From Clostridia bacterium (GTDB taxonomy: Bacteria > Bacillota > Clostridia > Peptostreptococcales > Anaerovoracaceae), in NCBI GenBank assembly GCA_024403215.1, contig JAKSSJ010000001.1, positions 1-59,498 of the forward strand: a stretch of 59,498 nucleotides of DNA. The letters run 5' to 3'. Positions 17,264 to 29,397 of the stretch are shown here, piece after piece. The notes beneath the pieces are model-generated. The model was given only the letters and a program-made list of their open reading frames with translations, ran no database searches and was not told the DNA's origin. The position numbers and the translations under genes were made by a program. Position 1 is the first letter of the stretch. Every line of letters begins with the position of its first letter.

Positions 17264-19711
17264 TTATTCTTCTGTAGGTTCGTCTTCTTCTCTTGGTGCT
17301 CTTGCCATAGTAACAATCTCGGTGTCTCCCTCAACCTTCATGATTCTTACACCCTGAGTTGTTCTGCCAAGTCTTGAAACTTCTCCTGCGGAAATTCTAA
17401 TGATTACACCATCTGAGTTGATAAGGAATACTTCATCATCATCCCTTACAACCATAGCACCGATAAGCTCTCCAGTCTTTTCAAACTTTGATTTATCGTA
17501 AGTCAGAAGACCCTTTCCGCCTCTAGCCTGAATCTTGTATTCCTTAACTGGTGTTCTCTTTCCAAATCCGTTCTTTGTTACAACAAGAAGCTCTTCGTTC
17601 TTTTCAGCAAGCTCCATAGATACAATTGCATCTCCTCTGCTTAAATCGATTGCGTGAACTCCGCTTGCTGCTCTTCCCATTGGACGAACATCTTCTTCAC
17701 TGAAGCAAATGCACTTGCCCTGCTTTGTGATTATGATTACATTAGAAGTTCCTGTTGTTTCTTTAATATCAACAAGCTCATCGCCCTCTTTAAGCTTAAT
17801 AGCAATAAGGCCGGTCTTTCTGTTTGTAATAAACTCGGAAACAGAAGTCTTCTTTATAATACCATTCTTTGTGCAAGCCATGAGGAATCTGTTCTCATCA
17901 ATTTCTGGAACAGCCATGATGCTTGCAATTCTTTCATGCTGCATGAGATTGAGGAAGTTAATTGCAGGAATACCCTTTGCTGTTCTGCCTGCCTCAGGAA
18001 TCTCGTAAGCCTTAAGCATGAAGGCTCTACCAAGAGATGTAAAGAAGATTAAGTTGTCATGCGTTGAGCATGAGATCAAATGACGAACGAAATCGTTCTC
18101 TCTTGTTGCAAGGCCAGTAACACCCTTACCGCCTCTCTTTTGAGTTCTATATGTATCTGCTGTTACTCTCTTTACGTATCCAAGGTGAGTAACTGTTACT
18201 ACTACATCCTCTTCTTCGATAAGTTCAGACTCATCAACCTCATCTTCGTCGGCAATGATGTTTGTCTTTCTCTTATCTCCCCATTTCTTCTTGATTTCTG
18301 TAAGCTCGTCTTTAACAACGCCCATGAGCTTAACATCATCAGCTAAAAGCTCGCAATAATATTTAATCTTCTTTTGAAGATCTTCATACTCTGCTTCAAT
18401 CTTGTCTCTTTCCAAACCCTGAAGTCTTCTAAGCTGCATGTCTAAGATGGCCTGAGCCTGCTTATCAGAAAGCTTAAATTTCTTCATGAGTTTTTCTTTT
18501 GCGTCATCATAAGACTCTCTAATAGTCTTAATGATTGCATCGATATTATCAAGGGCTATTCTGTATCCTTCTAAGATATGAGCTCTTGCCTCTGCCTTTG
18601 CTTTATCAAACTCTGTTCTTCTTGTGAGAACTACTCTTTGATGTTTGATGTATTCTTCAAGGATTTGTTTTAATGTAAGAACCTGAGGTCTGCCGTTAAC
18701 AAGAGCAATCATGATGATGCTGATGTTGCTTTCAAGTTCTGTGTGTTTATAGAGTCTATTGAGTGTTACATTTGGATTTGCATCCTTTTTAAGATCAATA
18801 ACAACTCTAACTTCTCCCTTGGAGGACTCATCTCTGATATCTTTAATTCCCTCAAGCTTTTTGTCTCTAACAAGTTCTGCAATATGCTGAATCATCACAG
18901 CCTTGTTAACCTGATAAGGAATCTCTGTGATTACAATTGAAACCTGGCCTCTTGAACCTTCTTCAATTGATGTTTTAGCTCTTACTCTAACTTTTCCTTG
19001 GCCAGTCTTATACGCCTCTTTGATTCCAGACTTACCAACTATTGTTGCAGCAGTTGGGAAATCAGGCCCTTTGATGACTTTCATTAATTGTTCATCAGAA
19101 AGCTCTGGATCATCAATTAATTTAATTGTTCCATCAATAACCTCTCCAAGATTGTGAGGTGGAATTGATGTTGCCATACCAACGGCAATACCATTGGAAC
19201 CATTAACAAGAAGGTTTGGATATCTTGCTGGAAGAACAACTGGCTCTGTTTCTTCACCATCATAGTTTGGAACAAAGTCTACTGTGTCTTTATCTATATC
19301 TCTTAGCATCTCCAGAGCAAATGGTGCCATTCTTGCTTCTGTGTAACGAGAAGCAGCTGCGCCATCTCCATCCATAGATCCAAAGTTTCCGTGTCCATCT
19401 ACAAGTGGATATCTCATGTTCCAGCTTTGTGCAAGACGAACCATAGCATCATAAATTGATGCGTCACCATGTGGGTGGAATTTACCCATTACTTCACCGG
19501 TGATTCTTGCAGATTTTTTGTAAGGCTTATCTGGTGTGTTGCCAAGTGTAGACATTCCGTAAAGAATTCTTCTATGTACTGGCTTAAGACCATCTCTTAC
19601 ATCTGGAAGTGCACGAGCTACGATTACCGACATTGAATAGTCAATGTATGACTTTTTCATTTCGTCATAAATTTCGTGCTGTATTAATCTTCTATCATTA
19701 ATTAAATCCAT
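17264..19711 (-). CDS. gyrA: DNA gyrase subunit A
   Basis: ...ARALPDVRDGLKPVHRRILY...HPHGDASIYDAMVRLAQ..; 815 aa. Confidence 0.97.
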   Translation of the reverse strand: MDLINDRRLIQHEIYDEMKKSYIDYSMSVIVARALPDVRDGLKPVHRRILYGMSTLGNTPDKPYKKSARITGEVMGKFHPHGDASIYDAMVRLAQSWNMRYPLVDGHGNFGSMDGDGAAASRYTEARMAPFALEMLRDIDKDTVDFVPNYDGEETEPVVLPARYPNLLVNGSNGIAVGMATSIPPHNLGEVIDGTIKLIDDPELSDEQLMKVIKGPDFPTAATIVGKSGIKEAYKTGQGKVRVRAKTSIEEGSRGQVSIVITEIPYQVNKAVMIQHIAELVRDKKLEGIKDIRDESSKGEVRVVIDLKKDANPNVTLNRLYKHTELESNISIIMIALVNGRPQVLTLKQILEEYIKHQRVVLTRRTEFDKAKAEARAHILEGYRIALDNIDAIIKTIRESYDDAKEKLMKKFKLSDKQAQAILDMQLRRLQGLERDKIEAEYEDLQKKIKYYCELLADDVKLMGVVKDELTEIKKKWGDKRKTNIIADEDEVDESELIEEEDVVVTVTHLGYVKRVTADTYRTQKRGGKGVTGLATRENDFVRHLISCSTHDNLIFFTSLGRAFMLKAYEIPEAGRTAKGIPAINFLNLMQHERIASIMAVPEIDENRFLMACTKNGIIKKTSVSEFITNRKTGLIAIKLKEGDELVDIKETTGTSNVIIITKQGKCICFSEEDVRPMGRAASGVHAIDLSRGDAIVSMELAEKNEELLVVTKNGFGKRTPVKEYKIQARGGKGLLTYDKSKFEKTGELIGAMVVRDDDEVFLINSDGVIIRISAGEVSRLGRTTQGVRIMKVEGDTEIVTMARAPREEDEPTEE

Positions 19712-19723
19712 ATCAGCACCTCC

Positions 19724-21703
<1,980 letters not shown>

Positions 21704-21819
21704 TTAACCGTCCTATTATACAATTTTTGGGGCCCAAAATCAAGGATTTAAGCGAAAAAACAAGGGTAAAGTTTCAAAAACGGCAAAAATTCTTTTGCAT
21801 CTCTAAAATTGGCGATTTT

Positions 21820-21945
21820 TCAAAAATCCACAACCCCTTGTGGTTGTTCAAAAAGTGTAATACCTTATCCTCTGCTTGTGGAAAAACTGTGGAATACCTA
21901 ATTTTTTCGCTTTTTTGCTGGGTATATTCCTGTGGAAAACTTATT
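21820..21945. other. oriC part 1: DnaA-box cluster upstream of dnaA
   Basis: TGTGGAAAA at 21877-21885 and 21931-21939, and TGTGGAATA at 21888-21896, each with 1 mismatch to TGTGGATAA. Weaker boxes are AAATCCACA (21824-21832) and TGTGGTTGT (21839-21847). Confidence 0.75.
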
Positions 21946-21987
21946 CTGCTATAATAGGAGCACACACAAATTAGAGGATAATACGCT

Positions 21988-23331
21988 ATGACAAAAACTG
22001 AACTTAAAGACAAATGGCAAGAGGTTTTAAACAAATTAAATGGGCCCCTCAATAGCCTTATAATTTCAACCTTCTTTGAACCCCTTAAGCCTTGCAAAAT
22101 CAACGATAAGGAGCAAAAAATAATCCTGCTGGATGAGTCTGGCACAGGCATTATGAGAACCTCAGCATTAAAGTACATGGAAAAGGTGCTTCCTGTTGTT
22201 GAGTCTGTTTTTGGCGCGCCTTATACCTTAGATATAGTAGATAGAGAGCCAGGAGAAGAAGAAACTGACGAACTTATTGATCTTTTCCAAAAAGAAGACG
22301 CTCTAAACCCTGAATATACATTTGAAACTTTTGTAAACGGACCAAACAACAAGCTTGCATTTGCAGCATCCTTGGCCGTTTCAGAAAGCTTTTCTAAAAA
22401 ATATAATCCTCTATTTATATATGGAGGCTCTGGCCTTGGCAAAACTCACCTTATGCATGCCATTGGCCACTACGTTTTAAGAAACAGACCTAAAAAGAAG
22501 GTTCTTTACGTTTCCGCAGAAACCTTTGTTTCCGAGTTTGTAGAAGCCGTAAGAACAAAAACCCAGCAACAATTTAAGGACAAGTATAGAAAAGTTGATT
22601 ATCTCTTGTTTGATGATGTCCAGTTTATTGCCGGAAAGTCATCGGCCGTTGAGGAAGAACTTTTTAACACCTTTGAGGCCCTTGATAACTCTAATAAACA
22701 GATAGTATTTACCTCAGATAGACCACCTAAAGAGCTTGGCGAGCTCCCAGACAGACTAGTTGCTCGCTTTGCGCAAGGAATTCCTATCGACATACAGGCT
22801 CCAGAATATGAAACAAGAATGGCAATTCTTAAAAACAAGGCCATACTTGAGGGCTTAAATGTAGATGATGAAAATCTCATTGCCAGCCTTGATATTATTG
22901 CTCAATCTATTGAGGGTAATATAAGAGAGCTTACCGGGGCATTTAATAGAGTTAAGTTTAGTGTACTACACGAGGGTGGCAGTTTTTCTGTACAGAGAAC
23001 TAAAAAAATCCTAACAGACATATTTAATGTAAAAGAAAAAGAAATTTCGCCTGCATTAATAAAGAAAATTGTCGCAAAATACTATAATGTCAAGGTTTCC
23101 GACCTTGAATCTCCAAAGAGATCTCAAAATATAACCTATCCAAGACAAATAGCTATTTATTTAATCAGACAAAATTGTCCAACCTATTCCTTCCCTAAAA
23201 TAGGAGAGGAGTTTGGTGGAAGAGATCATACAACAATAATGCATAGCTATGAGAAAATAGAAAGTGATTTGGGTATAATTCCGGATTTAAAATCTGTTAT
23301 TACCCACCTTCAGGAGCTTATTGACGAATAG
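21988..23331 (+). CDS. dnaA: chromosomal replication initiator protein DnaA
   Basis: ...NPLFIYGGSGLGKTHLMHAIG...FGGRDHTTIMHSYEKI...; 447 aa. Confidence 0.97.
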   Translation: MTKTELKDKWQEVLNKLNGPLNSLIISTFFEPLKPCKINDKEQKIILLDESGTGIMRTSALKYMEKVLPVVESVFGAPYTLDIVDREPGEEETDELIDLFQKEDALNPEYTFETFVNGPNNKLAFAASLAVSESFSKKYNPLFIYGGSGLGKTHLMHAIGHYVLRNRPKKKVLYVSAETFVSEFVEAVRTKTQQQFKDKYRKVDYLLFDDVQFIAGKSSAVEEELFNTFEALDNSNKQIVFTSDRPPKELGELPDRLVARFAQGIPIDIQAPEYETRMAILKNKAILEGLNVDDENLIASLDIIAQSIEGNIRELTGAFNRVKFSVLHEGGSFSVQRTKKILTDIFNVKEKEISPALIKKIVAKYYNVKVSDLESPKRSQNITYPRQIAIYLIRQNCPTYSFPKIGEEFGGRDHTTIMHSYEKIESDLGIIPDLKSVITHLQELIDE

Positions 23332-23488
23332 TTATCCACAAGCCTGTGCAAAACATGTTTTTTGTTTTCCACAGCTTATAAACTTCTATCTTCTATTAAA
23401 TTTAAGGCTTTGTTTAACTTTTCAACAATTACACAGGCCCAACAACTACATCAACAACAAAAATATAATATAAAGAAAGGCATTCTAA
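23332..23488. other. oriC part 2: DnaA boxes plus an AT-rich stretch between dnaA and dnaN
   Basis: Perfect TTATCCACA at 23332-23340 and TTTTCCACA at 23365-23373, followed by an AT-rich tract and a CAA/CTA trinucleotide-periodic run at about 23440-23460. Confidence 0.65.
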
Positions 23489-24595
23489 ATGAAATTTACT
23501 TGTTCACAAGCTATTTTATCTAAAGCTATTAATACAGTTAGTAAAGCAGTTTCTGTTAGAACAACTATTCCTATTTTAAAAGGTATTTTATTATCTGTAA
23601 AAAACGGAAGACTTACTTTATCTGCTTCTGATTTAGATATGAGTATTGAGACAACTATTGATGTTCAAAATAGTGAAGATGGAAATAGTGTTGTTTCTGC
23701 AAAATTATTTGGTGAAATTATAAGAAAATTACCAAATACTTTAGTTACTGCATATAAAGATGATAATAATCAATTTAATATTAATTGTGTAGGATCTAAT
23801 TTTAATATTATTTCATTACCTTCTGAAGAATTTCCAGTAATTAAAGGAATAGAATCTAAGAATTTTATTGAAATTAAAAAAGAAAACTTTATTAATTTAA
23901 TTAAGAAAACAGCTTTTGCAGCAAGTATAGATGAGAAAAAAGGAATCTTAACAGGAACACTTTTAAATTTTGAAAAAAATAATTTAGAAATGGTTGCTTT
24001 AGATGGATTTAGAATGGCTGTTGCTAAAGATGAAATAGAAACAGGTTTAGAAAAGAAAATTGTTGTACCTGCAAAAATATTAAATGAAGTAAATAAAATA
24101 TTACAAGAAGAAGATGGAGATACTTTATCTTTACTTGTAGATGATAAGAAAATAGAAATTAGAACAGAAGATACAGTAGTAATTGCAAGATTACTTGAAG
24201 GAGATTTTATTAAGTATAATGATATTATTCCAGTATCATATAAAACAAGAATGGTAGTAGGAAGAGAAGATATACTTAATAGTATAGAAAGAGCATCACT
24301 GCTTGCTAAAGAAGGAAAAAATAATTTAATTAAAATAACTTTAGAAAACGGTAATGTTGATATTGCATCAAGAAGCGATGAAGGAAATGTTAATGAACAT
24401 GTTTCTGCTGAAGTAGAAGGAGAAAATATTGTCATTGGATTTAATTCAAAATATTTAATTGATGTATTAAAAGCTGTTGAAGATGAAGAGATTGCTTTTG
24501 AAATGGGTACTAGTGTAAGTGCATGTATTTTAAAATCAGTTGATTCAGATAAATATACATATTTAGTATTACCAGTTAGAATTACAGCTGCTTAA
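23489..24595 (+). CDS. dnaN: DNA polymerase III beta subunit (sliding clamp)
   Basis: 368 aa: MKFTCSQAILSKAINTVSKAVSVRTTIPILKGILL...LVLPVRI. Its composition is markedly AT-rich compared with its neighbours. Confidence 0.95.
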   Translation: MKFTCSQAILSKAINTVSKAVSVRTTIPILKGILLSVKNGRLTLSASDLDMSIETTIDVQNSEDGNSVVSAKLFGEIIRKLPNTLVTAYKDDNNQFNINCVGSNFNIISLPSEEFPVIKGIESKNFIEIKKENFINLIKKTAFAASIDEKKGILTGTLLNFEKNNLEMVALDGFRMAVAKDEIETGLEKKIVVPAKILNEVNKILQEEDGDTLSLLVDDKKIEIRTEDTVVIARLLEGDFIKYNDIIPVSYKTRMVVGREDILNSIERASLLAKEGKNNLIKITLENGNVDIASRSDEGNVNEHVSAEVEGENIVIGFNSKYLIDVLKAVEDEEIAFEMGTSVSACILKSVDSDKYTYLVLPVRITAA

Positions 24596-25677
24596 TGTAT
24601 TTTAAAAAAATAACATTAAATAATTTTAGAAACTATAAAAATTTAGAGCTTGAGTTTGATAAAAATTTAAATTTATTTTTAGGAAAAAATGCTCAAGGTA
24701 AAACTAATTTATTAGAGTCTCTATTTATAACAGGTCTTGGTAAATCTTTTAGAACAAATAAAGATCAAGATATGATAGCCTTCGGAGAAAAAAATTCGAA
24801 GGTTATTTGTCTAGTTGGACAAGATGATAATAATGAGACAGAAATAGAAATTAACTTTTCTAATGAAGGAAAAATAATAAAAGTTGATGGAGTTAAATTA
24901 CAAAGAACAATAGATTTACTCGAAAATGTATATATTGTAGTTTTTTCTCCAGATGATTTAAGAATAGTAAAAGATGGTCCTGATAATAGAAGAAGATTTT
25001 TAGATAGAGAGCTTTGTCAAATTAAGCCTTTATATTATTCAGACCTTGGAAATTACAAAAAAGTATTAAAACAAAGAAATCAGTTACTAAGAGAAAAAAA
25101 TAAAGATAAAAAATTATTTGAGGTTTTTGACGAATCTTTGGCAAATTATGGTATTAGAATAGTAAATGAGCGTAAAATCTTTACTGAAAGATTGCTAAAT
25201 ATAAGCAAAAATATACATAAAGAAATATCTCAAGGGGCTGAAAACCTTGAAATTTCATACGAAACAAAGATTACAACAAATGAAGAATATATAGATCAGC
25301 TCCATAAAAACATGGAAAATGACTATATTAAAGGCTACACAAGCTTTGGACCTCACAAAGATGACCTGGCAATTTCAATAAATGGGACAGATATTAGACA
25401 ATTTGGCTCGCAGGGACAGCAAAGAACAGCCTCTCTTTCAATGAAATTGGCAGAAATTGGATTAATTAAGCAAGAAACAGGCGAAAATGCCGTACTTTTA
25501 CTAGATGATGTACTATCCGAGCTCGATAAAGATAGGCAAAGATACCTTATTGAGGCAATGAAGGATGTTCAAGTCTTTGTAACGGCCACGGAAGTGGATG
25601 AAGACTTGAAAAATAAACTGCCAAAGGGTAATACCTATAATGTTGACAACGGTAAAGTATACTTATATAATATTTAG
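24595..25677 (+). CDS. recF: DNA replication and repair protein RecF
   Basis: ...FLGKNAQGKTNLLESL (Walker A)...GSQGQQRTASLSMKLAE...LLLDDVLSELD; its start overlaps the dnaN stop by 1 nt. Confidence 0.95.
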   Translation: MYFKKITLNNFRNYKNLELEFDKNLNLFLGKNAQGKTNLLESLFITGLGKSFRTNKDQDMIAFGEKNSKVICLVGQDDNNETEIEINFSNEGKIIKVDGVKLQRTIDLLENVYIVVFSPDDLRIVKDGPDNRRRFLDRELCQIKPLYYSDLGNYKKVLKQRNQLLREKNKDKKLFEVFDESLANYGIRIVNERKIFTERLLNISKNIHKEISQGAENLEISYETKITTNEEYIDQLHKNMENDYIKGYTSFGPHKDDLAISINGTDIRQFGSQGQQRTASLSMKLAEIGLIKQETGENAVLLLDDVLSELDKDRQRYLIEAMKDVQVFVTATEVDEDLKNKLPKGNTYNVDNGKVYLYNI

Positions 25678-25731
25678 GCTATTCCCTAATATGGGGGATA
25701 AGCGTTTTTAGCATGGAAAGGAGGACACACC

Positions 25732-25875
25732 ATGGCAAAGGGAGTTATGACATATCAGCCAAAGAAGGGCCAGAGATCAAAAGAACACGGATTCAGAAAG
25801 AGAATGGCTACAAAGAATGGCAGAAACGTTCTTAAGAGAAGAAGACTTAAGGGCAGAAAGAGATTAAGTGCATAG
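25732..25875 (+). CDS. rpmH: 50S ribosomal protein L34
   Basis: Below the track cutoff. My translation is [48 protein letters not shown] strong AAAGGAGG RBS precedes the 25732 ATG; the alternative start is 25747. Confidence 0.9.
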   Translation: MAKGVMTYQPKKGQRSKEHGFRKRMATKNGRNVLKRRRLKGRKRLSA

Positions 25876-26219
25876 TGCTTAAAGAAGACGTACTGAGAAA
25901 ACGAGAAGATTTTAATAATCTTAGGAAATACGGTAAGTCTTTTGGTAGTGCGTATGTTGTCCTTGTTGTTAATAATAAAAAAGGACAAGCACTTAATCGT
26001 AAGGCCTTTTTGGCGAGCAAAAAGGTTGGAAACAGCGTGGTAAGGCACCGCGCAGTTAGATTGATGAAAGAAAGCTTTCGTCAAATAGAAAAAGAAAAAG
26101 CACTTAAACAAGGATACGATCTCTTGTTTATAGCAAGACCAACAATCAAGGATTTGAAATGTGCGGATGTGAAAAAAAGTATTGAAGCCGCAATAAGAAG
26201 AGCTGCGTTATATCAATGA
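25875..26219 (+). CDS. rnpA: ribonuclease P protein component
   Basis: GTG start overlapping the rpmH stop; ...[27 protein letters not shown].. is typical of RnpA. Confidence 0.9.
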   Translation: MLKEDVLRKREDFNNLRKYGKSFGSAYVVLVVNNKKGQALNRKAFLASKKVGNSVVRHRAVRLMKESFRQIEKEKALKQGYDLLFIARPTIKDLKCADVKKSIEAAIRRAALYQ

Positions 26220-26425
26220 AAAGTTTGTTTATAGTTTTAATTGATATATATAGAATGTATATTTCTCCAAGGTTTCCGTCTAAGTGTAGGTTTACGCCAA
26301 CATGTTCGGAATACACAAGAGAAGCGATTATGAAATACGGAGCTTTAAAAGGGTCTTGGCTTGGAATCAAAAGGATCTTAAGATGTCACCCTGGTTCAAA
26401 GGGCGGCTATGATCCAGTACCATAA
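26216..26425 (+). CDS. yidD: membrane protein insertion efficiency factor YidD
   Basis: ...[31 protein letters not shown]... is the canonical YidD signature. Confidence 0.92.
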   Translation: MKSLFIVLIDIYRMYISPRFPSKCRFTPTCSEYTREAIMKYGALKGSWLGIKRILRCHPGSKGGYDPVP

Positions 26426-26437
26426 CTAGGAGTTTAA

Positions 26438-27154
26438 ATGGGCGCAATAATTGGATTTTTTGCAAAGATAATAGCTTATCCAATGAAGTATATTTACCTT
26501 TTCGTAAATAACTATGGTGTTTCTATTATCATACTGACAGCACTCATCAGAGTATTAATGATTCCGCTTTATGCAAAGCAGATAAAACAATCAGCTAAAA
26601 TGGCAGAGCTGTCAGAAAAACAAAAAGAGATACAAGTAAGATATGCACGTGATAGACAGATGATGAATGAAAAAATGCAGGAGCTCTATCAAGAGAACGG
26701 CGTTAGCACAACAGCCGGATGCCTGCCTTTGGTAATTCAGATGCCTATCCTGTTTGGACTTTATGAATTGCTTAGAAATCCACTTTCCTACATGCTTGAG
26801 AGCAATATGATTGCTGCAGTACACGAATCATTCCTTTGGGCTGCAGATCTTTCTCAACCAGATAGTTGGATTCTTCCAATACTCGCAGGACTTACAACAT
26901 ATCTCACAACAGCTCTTTCAACAGCAAGCGCAGATGCTACAACACAAGGAACAATGAATGCAATGAAGTATTTCATGCCACTCATGATTTTCCTTCTTGC
27001 AAGATCTATGCCTGCAGGACTCTCATTGTATTGGACTATCGGTAACCTTGTAATGATGGTTCAGAACGCTTTCTTTAACAAAAAGAAAAAGAAAGAAAAA
27101 GAACAAAGAGAAGTTGAAAAAGAAGTATTAAAAAGACAGAAAGCAAAAGAATAG
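26438..27154 (+). CDS. yidC: YidC/Oxa1 family membrane protein insertase
   Basis: ...LTALIRVLMIPLYAKQ...GCLPLVIQMPILFGLY...PAGLSLYW.. plus a Lys-rich tail. Confidence 0.92.
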   Translation: MGAIIGFFAKIIAYPMKYIYLFVNNYGVSIIILTALIRVLMIPLYAKQIKQSAKMAELSEKQKEIQVRYARDRQMMNEKMQELYQENGVSTTAGCLPLVIQMPILFGLYELLRNPLSYMLESNMIAAVHESFLWAADLSQPDSWILPILAGLTTYLTTALSTASADATTQGTMNAMKYFMPLMIFLLARSMPAGLSLYWTIGNLVMMVQNAFFNKKKKKEKEQREVEKEVLKRQKAKE

Positions 27155-27171
27155 CATCTTTGGAGGCTAAG

Positions 27172-27990
27172 ATGAAATATGCAGAAAAGTGGGGAGACAG
27201 CATCGACGCTGCAGTTGAGCTGGCCCTGCAAGACCTCAAGCTTACCAAAGACCAAGTAACGGTTACAGTATTAGAGGAACCAAGCAAAGGTTTTCTTGGA
27301 ATCGGAGCTAAGCTTGCAAAAGTAAGAGTAGAAGAGATTGCAAAAGAAAAACCTAAGAAAGAAAAACAGCTTGCTCCAAAAGCTGATAGCTTAGAGGTTA
27401 AAGAGGAAAAGAAAGCTCCTCAAAAACAAAAGAAAGAAAAGAGTGCAAAAGCACCTAAAGAAAAGAAAGAAAAAACAAGAGAAGATGATTTAGAATTAGA
27501 CATTGCTCTTGTTTCAACAAGACCAACAGATCTTACTGAGGTAGAAAGCCACGTTGCAAAAGACTTCCTCAGAAAGGTTGCCCAAGATATGGGCATTGAA
27601 ATTGAAATCAAAGTCTTTGTAAACAAAGACAGCGTTTACGTTGATATTGATGGCAAGGACACCGGTACTGTTATCGGTAAGCGTGGCGCAACACTGGATT
27701 CAATTCAGTACTTAACAAGTTTAGTTGTTAATAAAGATACTGAAAATTATCTCCGCGTTGTAGTTGACGCTGAAGGATATAGAGCAAAAAGAGAAGAGAC
27801 ACTCAAAAAGCTTGCATTAAGACTTGCTGATAAAGCATTAAAGAGCGGAAAGAGTGTTAGACTCGAACCAATGAATCCGTACGAGCGCAAGGTTATACAT
27901 TCAACTCTTCAGACTGTTCCTAATGTAACAACAAAATCAGAAGGACAAGAACCATACAGAAAAGTTGTAATCGTTCCTGCACGAAAATAG
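27172..27990 (+). CDS. jag: Jag/KhpB RNA-binding protein (Jag_N, KH, R3H)
   Basis: ...GKDTGTVIGKRGATLDSIQYL (KH)...ERKVIHSTLQ (R3H). I chose the ATG at 27172, which sits behind a GGAGG. Confidence 0.88.
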   Translation: MKYAEKWGDSIDAAVELALQDLKLTKDQVTVTVLEEPSKGFLGIGAKLAKVRVEEIAKEKPKKEKQLAPKADSLEVKEEKKAPQKQKKEKSAKAPKEKKEKTREDDLELDIALVSTRPTDLTEVESHVAKDFLRKVAQDMGIEIEIKVFVNKDSVYVDIDGKDTGTVIGKRGATLDSIQYLTSLVVNKDTENYLRVVVDAEGYRAKREETLKKLALRLADKALKSGKSVRLEPMNPYERKVIHSTLQTVPNVTTKSEGQEPYRKVVIVPARK

Positions 27991-27995
27991 AAATT

Positions 27996-28026
27996 AGGGC
28001 TGCCTGTTGGCGGCCCTTTATTTTTA
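27996..28026 (+). terminator. Rho-independent terminator after jag
   Basis: AGGGCTGCC-TGTT-GGCGGCCCT hairpin followed by TTTATTTTT. Confidence 0.7.
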
Positions 28027-28038
28027 AAAAATATTTAG

Positions 28039-29382
28039 ATGAAAGATACAACAATTGCTGCAATCTCTACAGCTTATGGAGAAGCCGGAATTGGCATAGT
28101 AAGGCTAAGCGGTCCAGACTCATTAAAGATTGCAAAAGAAATTACAAATAAAGAGTTGCCAAACAGAAAGATGGTTTATACCAAGGTAAAAGATGGTGAG
28201 ACTGTTTTAGATGAAGCTTTGGTAGTATATATGCAAGGTCCTCATTCCTACACAGGAGAGGACGTTGTTGAATTTCAGTGCCATGGCGGTCTTTTATCTA
28301 CAAAAGAAATTTTGGCCCTTCTTTTAAGGAGGGGCGCTGTTATGGCAGAGCGCGGAGAATTTACCAAAAGAGCCTTCTTAAACGGAAGGATGGATCTTTC
28401 TCAAGCCGAGGCCGTAATAGATTTAATTAAGGCAAGAGGCAGCAAAAGCTATAACGAAGCCCTCTCTCAGATGCAAGGAAAGCTTTCAGCTGAGGTAAAT
28501 AGCGTTAGAAAGAAGCTCCTTGATCTTCTTGTAGACCTTACGGTAAACATGGACTACCCAGACGAAGACATAGAGCAAATAACATACGAAAAGATAGGAA
28601 ACAGCTTATCGGTAATAAACGATAAACTATTAAATTTAAAGGATTCCGCTGGAGAAGGACGCATTGTAAGGGAAGGTCTTTCTGTTGCAATAGTTGGAAA
28701 GCCAAATGTAGGCAAGTCCTCCCTTCTTAATGCCTTTCTTAAGGAAGAGCGGAGCATAGTTACAAATGTCCCTGGAACGACAAGGGACACCATAGAAGAG
28801 CAGGCTCAGCTTAGAGGCTTTACCCTAAGATTTATTGACACTGCCGGAATTCATAAAAGCCAGGACGAGGTAGAAAGCATAGGAATCGAAAAGAGCATTA
28901 AGGCCTTAGAGTCGGCAGATCTTTTGTTGGTTCTTTTGGATGCTTCAAGACCTCTTGAAAAAGAAGACCAGGAAATCCTTGATGCCTCAAAAGACATCCC
29001 AAGGATAATTATTATAAACAAAGTGGATTTAGGCGAGGCCAAAAATCTCCAATTTGAGGGCTCAAAAGATGCCATCCCGGTATCTGTATCCACCGGATTT
29101 GGGCTCGAAAAAATAGAAGATGCCATCGAAAAATATATTAGCGGCGGAAGAGTAAGAAGAGAAGATGATTTGCTTGTTACTAATATTAGGCACGCTAATT
29201 TGATAGAAAAAGCTTACGGTGAAATATGCCAGGCACAAGCTATGACAGGTGCGCATGAGGCAATAGATTTTATTGAAGTAAATGTTAAGGCTGCTTTTGA
29301 TTATCTTGGCGAGATAATCGGCGAGACAGCAACAGACCAGGTTATATCAGAAGTATTCCAAAGATTCTGCCTTGGTAAGTAA
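28039..29382 (+). CDS. mnmE: tRNA modification GTPase MnmE
   Basis: G-domain GKPNVGKSSLLN...DTAG and a C-terminal ...FCLGK tetrapeptide motif. Confidence 0.95.
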   Translation: MKDTTIAAISTAYGEAGIGIVRLSGPDSLKIAKEITNKELPNRKMVYTKVKDGETVLDEALVVYMQGPHSYTGEDVVEFQCHGGLLSTKEILALLLRRGAVMAERGEFTKRAFLNGRMDLSQAEAVIDLIKARGSKSYNEALSQMQGKLSAEVNSVRKKLLDLLVDLTVNMDYPDEDIEQITYEKIGNSLSVINDKLLNLKDSAGEGRIVREGLSVAIVGKPNVGKSSLLNAFLKEERSIVTNVPGTTRDTIEEQAQLRGFTLRFIDTAGIHKSQDEVESIGIEKSIKALESADLLLVLLDASRPLEKEDQEILDASKDIPRIIIINKVDLGEAKNLQFEGSKDAIPVSVSTGFGLEKIEDAIEKYISGGRVRREDDLLVTNIRHANLIEKAYGEICQAQAMTGAHEAIDFIEVNVKAAFDYLGEIIGETATDQVISEVFQRFCLGK

Positions 29383-29397
29383 AGAAGTTATACAAGA

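Noticed and set aside
21727-22178. ORFs 21727-21954 (+) and 21774-22178 (-) across the gyrB-dnaA spacer.
   Set aside because: They span the DnaA-box cluster and the dnaA start and have no RBS or recognisable product. The region is better explained as oriC and the dnaA promoter.
23770-24435. The 221-aa minus-strand ORF inside dnaN.
   Set aside because: It is an antisense shadow ORF in a very AT-rich gene, giving a Ser/Leu/Ile/Phe low-complexity translation with no RBS. The dnaN frame gives a full-length, recognisable clamp.
25678-25731. A remnant oriC/DnaA-box cluster between recF and rpmH, where the canonical rpmH-dnaA spacer would have been.
   Set aside because: The spacer is only 54 nt and contains no TTATCCACA-like 9-mer that I could find. 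The boxes are upstream of dnaA and between dnaA and dnaN instead.
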